The translations under genes and the position numbers were made by a program. 64,000 nucleotides of DNA, taken from the NCBI GenBank assembly GCA_963675755.2, contig CAXXMD010000003.1:224001-288000 (forward strand), in the 5' to 3' direction. Below are positions 58,399 to 64,000 of this stretch, piece after piece. The DNA comes from a bacterium. GTDB lineage: Bacteria > Zhuqueibacterota > Zhuqueibacteria > Residuimicrobiales > Krinioviventaceae. Each line of letters begins with the position of its first letter. The first letter of the stretch is position 1. The notes beneath the pieces were generated by a model that saw nothing but the letters and a program-made list of their open reading frames with translations, was not told where the DNA came from and searched no databases.

Positions 58399-59604
58399 AT
58401 GAAAGCAAGTCCTATGGTTAAAAATTTCAATATAGCCATGATAATTGCCGGCATATTCCTTTCAAGCATCCCGGCTCTATCGCAAAATGAACTAATAAAA
58501 GATCAGAAAACCCATAAAGAATTATTAAACTATCTTGAATCCATATGCCAATGGGCTATTGATTCAGATCTAAAAAGTGGTGAATTAAAGATCACTGCAA
58601 AGAGAAGAACCTCTGTATTTATTAACAGCAATCTGGCCCGTATTCTGGTAGCCGGTTATGATCTGACCGGAAAACAGGAATATCTGGATGAAGCGATTCG
58701 CTGGTTTGATCTGCTTGTTGAACTACAACAACCCGCAACAACCGCGGATGGTAAAAAAGCTGGTTGGTGGGGCGACTTTTCTCCTGATGGGAACATATAT
58801 TTTGGTGATGCAGGAACAAGCGCTACCGCTTTGGCAGGCGTTATAAGATATGTAGATGGAGAAAGACGTGATAAATACATGAACGCACTTGAGCTTTATG
58901 CCAACTTTGTGCGTTTTGGCTCGGACAAAGATCCTCAAGACAAGGGCCGTAGCGGTTCAAACGGATGGATCATTCAGGATGGAGAAGAAAAAGGTGCCGT
59001 TGGATGTGGATATTATCGTAACGAGCTTTCCGAATATCCTTATACTATCTCCACAAGTGTTACGGGTGCAGCCTTTTTCTCTTGCATGTACGAACTCACC
59101 GGTAATAACGAATATCAGGAAATTGCCGAAAACGCGGTAAAATGGCTATTAAAAAAACGTACTCCTTTTGGTGAATTCCTCTATATCCTGCATCAAAAAC
59201 AACTCGACGAGTGGCCGCTTGACACCATGAGTTATGTAGCCGATGGTGTTGTTGGTGCATATATGCGCTCAAACAATCAGGAATTTAAAACCATGGTTGA
59301 AAAACAAATTGCCCGCAGTGTTCAATGGTTACTGGTAGGTCAGAACAAAGATGGTGTTTGGGGTGAATTGCGTAGCGAAGACCAACAACGCAGCCAGGGC
59401 GTTTTAAACCTTATTGTATGGTATTACCATGATGTTACAAAATATAAAGAAGTTAAAAAAATGGTACAGGCAAATTACAACTTTTTCCTCGATGCTGACA
59501 ACTCGAAGGCTTTTGGAGTTAAAGAACTGCCAATTACCACAGGTTTTGTAGGCCTGGGAATTGCTGAAGTGCTTGAACCTGGCGTAACATATAGATTGAA
59601 ATAA
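58399..59604 (+). CDS. Secreted (alpha/alpha)-barrel protein (glycoside hydrolase/lyase-like), function unknown
   Basis: Signal peptide; repeated YDLTGKQEYLDEA / YELTGNNEYQEIAENAVKWL / WLLVGQNKDGVW helical-hairpin motifs. Confidence 0.65.
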   Translation: MKASPMVKNFNIAMIIAGIFLSSIPALSQNELIKDQKTHKELLNYLESICQWAIDSDLKSGELKITAKRRTSVFINSNLARILVAGYDLTGKQEYLDEAIRWFDLLVELQQPATTADGKKAGWWGDFSPDGNIYFGDAGTSATALAGVIRYVDGERRDKYMNALELYANFVRFGSDKDPQDKGRSGSNGWIIQDGEEKGAVGCGYYRNELSEYPYTISTSVTGAAFFSCMYELTGNNEYQEIAENAVKWLLKKRTPFGEFLYILHQKQLDEWPLDTMSYVADGVVGAYMRSNNQEFKTMVEKQIARSVQWLLVGQNKDGVWGELRSEDQQRSQGVLNLIVWYYHDVTKYKEVKKMVQANYNFFLDADNSKAFGVKELPITTGFVGLGIAEVLEPGVTYRLK

Positions 59605-59608
59605 TTTC

Positions 59609-60574
59609 ATGTATCAAAGAATTATAACACATCAGGATTTTGACGGCGTAGTGAGCGCAGCATTGTGCTCACACGCTCTCAACGTCAATCAGCTTGTATT
59701 TACCCAACCTCGCACGGTCTCTGACGCACGCATCACGATAACCGATTTAGATGTTGTATGCGACCTGCCATATCCATTGGATTGCGGCATGTGGTTTGAT
59801 CATCACGAAGGCAACCTAGAAGATTTGCAATACCGCAAAATTGATCCTGCGGATCTTGAAGGAAAATTTGAGATCAAAGACTCGTGTGCGCGGGTTGTAT
59901 TTGATTATTTCAATGATTTCCCGGACCACTTTACAGCGATGGTTGACGAAGCTGATATTATTGATGCGTTCAACTATAAAAATATTGATGACTGGCGGCA
60001 GGAAACACCCGGCAAGATGATTGACGCTGCAATTAAGTTAATGGAAAATAGTCAGGAACAAAAACGCCAGTTTTTAAGAAGTTTGGTTAACCTGCTCAAA
60101 GAAAGACCTCTTGATAAAGTAGCAGAAACACAGGGCATTATTAAACGCTATAAACAATTTCAAAATGAAGAGCAAGAGATGCTCGAAATTCTTGAAAAAA
60201 ACATCAGTTTTCTATCAAAAGATACAGATAAAAATCTAATCATTATCGATCTTACCCCCTATACAAAAAAGCCTTTCCTATACAAACATCTGGCCTACCT
60301 GCTTGAACCAAAATCTCAGGCGGTCATACAGATCAGCAACATTTACAGAAACCGGGTTAAAACCAATGACATCTCGCTTTCAATGTCCCTAAGTGTGAAC
60401 ATGAACCAAACAGAACATTCAAAAGACATTGGAGAAATAATGCGATTGTTAAATATCGGAAACGGTCACCCTGGTGCGGCCTCGGGTATGCTGTATTGCG
60501 ATTCAAAACAAGAGATGCTAAAAGAAAAAGACGAGATACTTGAACAAATTTACGACATGTTTTTAAATCAATAA
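59609..60574 (+). CDS. DHH-family phosphoesterase
   Basis: HQDFDG, DLP, WFDHH, GNGHPGAA. Confidence 0.85.
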   Translation: MYQRIITHQDFDGVVSAALCSHALNVNQLVFTQPRTVSDARITITDLDVVCDLPYPLDCGMWFDHHEGNLEDLQYRKIDPADLEGKFEIKDSCARVVFDYFNDFPDHFTAMVDEADIIDAFNYKNIDDWRQETPGKMIDAAIKLMENSQEQKRQFLRSLVNLLKERPLDKVAETQGIIKRYKQFQNEEQEMLEILEKNISFLSKDTDKNLIIIDLTPYTKKPFLYKHLAYLLEPKSQAVIQISNIYRNRVKTNDISLSMSLSVNMNQTEHSKDIGEIMRLLNIGNGHPGAASGMLYCDSKQEMLKEKDEILEQIYDMFLNQ

Positions 60575-60578
60575 CCTG

Positions 60579-60965
60579 TCATTTATTGCTTTTTCCGTTT
60601 TTCTTACCATATTTTTCCACATTCTCCTGCACCCTGAATTGCACCATCCTTTTTATCAAATCATAAGGCAATGGTTTGTCCAATGGAAATTTTACCGATC
60701 CTTTGGCGTATTCGTAACTACTCAGCTCGGATTTAAATTTTTCGATACCGGAAGGTGTGGGATAAAAACCAATATGCGTTTTATATGCGGCAAAATGTAC
60801 GAGATTGCCATATAGGGTAAAGGTTGGTATCTGGTAACTGATAGTTTCCTGAGCATCCGGAGCAGCTTTACGAATCAACGTCCTTATTTCTAACAAAATC
60901 TCCTGAACATGTTTCGGAAAACCATCAATATATTCATCAATATTAACAGGTTTATCTTTCATCAT
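60579..60965 (-). CDS. DUF1801/YdhG-like protein
   Basis: IDEYI, APDAQETISYQIPTF, HIGFYP, KGSVKFPLDKPLP. Confidence 0.9.
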   Translation of the reverse strand: MMKDKPVNIDEYIDGFPKHVQEILLEIRTLIRKAAPDAQETISYQIPTFTLYGNLVHFAAYKTHIGFYPTPSGIEKFKSELSSYEYAKGSVKFPLDKPLPYDLIKRMVQFRVQENVEKYGKKNGKSNK

Positions 60966-61040
60966 AAACTGATTCCATTTGTGAAATAATAGGAATTAAC
61001 AAACAGGAAAGATATTTTATTCACTGGGATCCCCTAAAAA

Positions 61041-61069
61041 CAAAAAAGCCTGATGTTTCCATCAGGCTT
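61041..61069 (-). terminator. Terminator downstream of tRNA-Asn
   Basis: AAGCCTGATG-GAAA-CATCAGGCTT followed by a T-run on the minus strand. Confidence 0.85.
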
Positions 61070-61075
61070 GTCCTG

Positions 61076-61148
61076 CTCCGGTGGTAGGACTCGAACCTAC
61101 AACCTAGTGGTTAACAGCCACCCGCTCTGCCGGTTGAGCTACACCGGA
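61076..61148 (-). tRNA. tRNA-Asn (GTT), CCA not encoded
   Basis: TCCGGTG/CACCGGA acceptor stem, TAGCTCAA D-arm, CTGTTAA anticodon loop, GGTTCGAGTCC T-arm, discriminator G. Confidence 0.97.
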
Positions 61149-61184
61149 TCAAGTCTATAAATATAAGGAAATAATTTTTTAATG

Positions 61185-62171
61185 TCAAGTTTTTTTGATT
61201 GATATCATATCGTTTTTAATTTTTTTTTGCTCGCCAAAATATAAAAATCGATCCAGCAGCTTGACAAATGTGCTCCAACGGTTGTCATGCTTTTTCTCTT
61301 TGGCATAAATCCGTTCAAATGCATTCATTTTAGAATCAAGCTCATCCGCAGAATAAAGTAAGAAAGCCTCTCTGCTCATTGGCACAACCGGAGAGCCTTG
61401 CTCAGGCTTGCCCTGGTGTGAAAGTACCAGGTGCAGTAATTCATTTCTTTTATTCTCATCAAAATCCGGTAGAGCATCCATTTTAGATGCTATCATTTGA
61501 TAACCAATTACAATATGTCCCAACAAACGTCCCTGATCAGTATAATCTATAACCGGTCCCGGACTCAATTCATGAATTTTACCAATGTCATGCAGCAGTG
61601 CACCAGCCAGTAACAGATCTTTATCTATACTACTGTACAAGGCACTTGTCCGTTCTACAATACGTGCAACATTCAATGAATGTTCCAGCAAACCTCCTTC
61701 GTAACAATGGTGCCAAAGTTTACCTCCACTTGCCCGCATGATTTTAACTAAAAGTTTTTCATCTCTATAAATACTATTCAACAACTGAACAAGCTGTGGA
61801 TCATGAATTCCATCAATATATTCATATACCTGTTCCAATAGCTGTTGAGCTGTAATTTGGGATTTTGGTATAAAATCGTTCAGTTTTACAGAGTCACGCT
61901 CTGTGACCAAACGGATTTTATTTATGGATAAATGCGGTCTGTTTTTCCAATTGATAACTTTGGCTTTTACTTTAACAAGGTCCCCCTCGTTTAAAAGTTC
62001 TGTGGTCTTTTCAATATTATCCCACAAGGTGCCAAAAATACGACCGGAAGAATCCCCCAATTCGAGAGATAAATATGGTTCTTTTTTCTTTTCGCTGGTG
62101 CGTAATTTTATTTTACGCAATACAAAATAGCTGTCAATACGCTGACCGGGTAAAATATCGTTAACCACCAA
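61185..62171 (-). CDS. YhaM/Cbf1-like 3'-5' exoribonuclease (OB-fold + HD domain)
   Basis: YLSLELGDSSGRI, HHCYEGGLLEHS, LLHDIGK, GHI, SHQG, ADELDSK. Confidence 0.9.
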   Translation of the reverse strand: MVVNDILPGQRIDSYFVLRKIKLRTSEKKKEPYLSLELGDSSGRIFGTLWDNIEKTTELLNEGDLVKVKAKVINWKNRPHLSINKIRLVTERDSVKLNDFIPKSQITAQQLLEQVYEYIDGIHDPQLVQLLNSIYRDEKLLVKIMRASGGKLWHHCYEGGLLEHSLNVARIVERTSALYSSIDKDLLLAGALLHDIGKIHELSPGPVIDYTDQGRLLGHIVIGYQMIASKMDALPDFDENKRNELLHLVLSHQGKPEQGSPVVPMSREAFLLYSADELDSKMNAFERIYAKEKKHDNRWSTFVKLLDRFLYFGEQKKIKNDMISIKKT

Positions 62172-62205
62172 CTCCCTCCTGTTGGATTATGGTTTAGAAC
62201 ATCGG

Positions 62206-62877
62206 TTATCTGCGTCTTTCACTACCTCTGCTGCCACCTGAATTGGATTCCCGGCGGGAGCTTGTTGTACTGCTGTCGTTACTATCCGTACTTACTGATG
62301 AACTTGAGCTATCAGAACTGGAACTGTGTGATCCACTTCTGGAGCTGCGTGTGGCTGGTGTATAACTTTGACTACCACCGCGCTGAGAATCTCTGCGGTC
62401 GTCAGATGTACTACTGCTGCTTCCGCCCGCATCCGGTATCGCCACTTTACTACTTCCTACATTCGTAGGTATAAACACAGGACCGCTTGTGGCAGCAGGT
62501 ACAGGCACCGGTACAAGTCCGTGGGTGCCTGAAGACCCGGGCACAGCAGGACCGGTAATCATCGCAGGATCATCATAATCAATATATTGTGTGCGTATTG
62601 GGGGCAGATCATATGAATCTTCCCACCAGGCAGTTTGATAGAAAAATTCCCAGGCTTTTTTGCCCTTAACTCCATCCGGCAATATGGTTGTTGTACCACT
62701 AAATGCTTCCTGGTGGCACTCTATACACCCGTTTTGCAGATGCACATCACCCAATTCGAGCGGTTCACCATCGGATCCGTTTTGTGGGTGTCTGAATTCT
62801 GTATAGGTATAGCACCCGTTCAACAGGAACAGCATGCTGCCTAACAAAACAATTGATTTTTTATTTGATCGTACCAT
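62206..62877 (-). CDS. Hypothetical lipoprotein with one CXXCH motif and a Ser/Arg-rich disordered tail
   Basis: Lipobox LNGC; CIECH; low-complexity C-terminus. Start at ATG 62877 overlaps the upstream gene end. Confidence 0.65.
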   Translation of the reverse strand: MVRSNKKSIVLLGSMLFLLNGCYTYTEFRHPQNGSDGEPLELGDVHLQNGCIECHQEAFSGTTTILPDGVKGKKAWEFFYQTAWWEDSYDLPPIRTQYIDYDDPAMITGPAVPGSSGTHGLVPVPVPAATSGPVFIPTNVGSSKVAIPDAGGSSSSTSDDRRDSQRGGSQSYTPATRSSRSGSHSSSSDSSSSSVSTDSNDSSTTSSRRESNSGGSRGSERRR

Positions 62878-63715
62878 AGTATACAAATTTAAGAATACGT
62901 TTCGGTTCAACATTGGTCTCATTGTCCTTTACAAGCAAGTTTTTGAAATCAAATTCAATAAACATATAATCGGTAAATGCCCATCTAACACCAGCATTAA
63001 AATACCCGGTGTTGTTATTGGCGCCTCTAACTTCATCATCATTTGTCGCAAAGTCATATTCAAAGAGCAGTGCAATATCACGGCTGATCAAAGCATCAAT
63101 AGCCAGAAACAAATTGGGATCTTTATCTCCATCACCATCTTCCAGGCTGTAATTGATACCACCGTGCATACCAAACTTGATCAAAGAATTATAACCTTTT
63201 GATGCCACTGCAAAAACACCGCGTGATTTGTTTGCATATCGATCAGAGATCAAAGCGGGATCACCCTCTTCAGGCAATGTCTGACTGGGAACATTTTTCC
63301 AAAAAGGTCCATAGCCTTGAGAATCAAAACCCAACACAAATGCCGGCATTGCCAGCGTTTCTTCCATCAGGCGATACATGAAATGTATGCCAGGATTGTC
63401 ATTCCATTTGACAATCTGATCTCCAATAATGTTTACACCGCCAAAAGATACTCCAAACATCATCCGGTTTGAAATACCAACGGATAACCTGCCAATAGCG
63501 CCACCCTGTTCAAACAGACGAATGCTGGTTTTGATATCTCCTCCACGCAAAATACTCGCAGTGGGCATATCAATCATTTGTACGGGTTTGGATAAATATG
63601 AATCAGGATTAATTCCCGGCAATCTCTGGTTTGACAATAGAGAACGGTCATCAAACTGACCAAACACCGCCGATGTCAGAAATGCCAGCAAAATACATAT
63701 TATCCCTTTTTTCAT
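62861..63715 (-). CDS. YjbH-like outer-membrane beta-barrel protein
   Basis: IDMPTASIL, LGFDSQGYG, FAVASK, EYDFA, GYFNAGVRW, EFDFKNL. Confidence 0.7.
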   Translation of the reverse strand: MKKGIICILLAFLTSAVFGQFDDRSLLSNQRLPGINPDSYLSKPVQMIDMPTASILRGGDIKTSIRLFEQGGAIGRLSVGISNRMMFGVSFGGVNIIGDQIVKWNDNPGIHFMYRLMEETLAMPAFVLGFDSQGYGPFWKNVPSQTLPEEGDPALISDRYANKSRGVFAVASKGYNSLIKFGMHGGINYSLEDGDGDKDPNLFLAIDALISRDIALLFEYDFATNDDEVRGANNNTGYFNAGVRWAFTDYMFIEFDFKNLLVKDNETNVEPKRILKFVYYGTIK

Positions 63716-63768
63716 CTTTTCGCGTTTCCTTTGTTTGATTTAGAAACATGCTCCAACAACAGTAAATA

Positions 63769-64000
63769 TTATAAAACGACAAATACGGAAAAGCCTACAC
63801 CAATTTTAAAGATCGTCCGCGGTTCATCATATATAGGGCCATTTGGCATCAAATAAATTACATCTGCCTGAACGCGTAATACAGAAGACTTGCTCATAGC
63901 GGAACGCGTACCAATTCCCAGAGATAAAGCAGGTCCCGAATAGACATCACCACTCTGTTCTTCGTCGTCATTGGAAAATCCATCAATCCACATACCGGCT
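63769..64000 (-). CDS. 3' end of a probable outer-membrane beta-barrel protein (partial)
   Basis: Frame open to the window edge; LSLGIGTR, LRVQAD, KIGVGFSVF strands. Confidence 0.55.
   Translation of the reverse strand, partial: AGMWIDGFSNDDEEQSGDVYSGPALSLGIGTRSAMSKSSVLRVQADVIYLMPNGPIYDEPRTIFKIGVGFSVFVVL

Noticed and set aside
60966-61184. tRNA-Asn as the integration site of an island
   Set aside because: No integrase nearby, no duplicated tRNA 3' end noticed, and the flanking genes look ordinary.

Overview
AT-rich chromosomal window from an FCB-group bacterium. T9SS C-terminal domains and TonB receptor-PorV modules suggest a KSB1/Calditrichota-like organism (inference). No mobile elements or CRISPR arrays were seen. 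Contents: T9SS cargo proteins, pntA1-A2-B, hsp20, an 8-gene sulfur cluster (SQR, DUF1641-like, TusE, DsrE2, octaheme cytochrome, heptaheme/cytochrome-b fusion, two YeeE proteins), a TonB receptor-CTD protein-PorV module, a Tat-exported sulfatase, a complete mevalonate operon, rpsT, guaB, split fumarate hydratase, sdhACDB, a divergent GlnE-like protein, an ECF sigma/OsmC/TlpA operon and tRNA-Asn. Best finding: a gene the ORF track truncates (25148..24321, minus strand) stays open for 122 codons past an in-frame TGA that follows the only Cys of the mature protein. A SECIS-like hairpin lies immediately downstream and the readthrough product ends in a complete T9SS sorting domain, so this is a candidate secreted Cys-Sec selenoprotein. 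Second finding: the same ECF-type promoter motif (TTGAATC-N15-TCATCWAA) precedes both the SQR sulfur operon and the operon ending in the ECF sigma gene, suggesting a sulfur/redox regulon.
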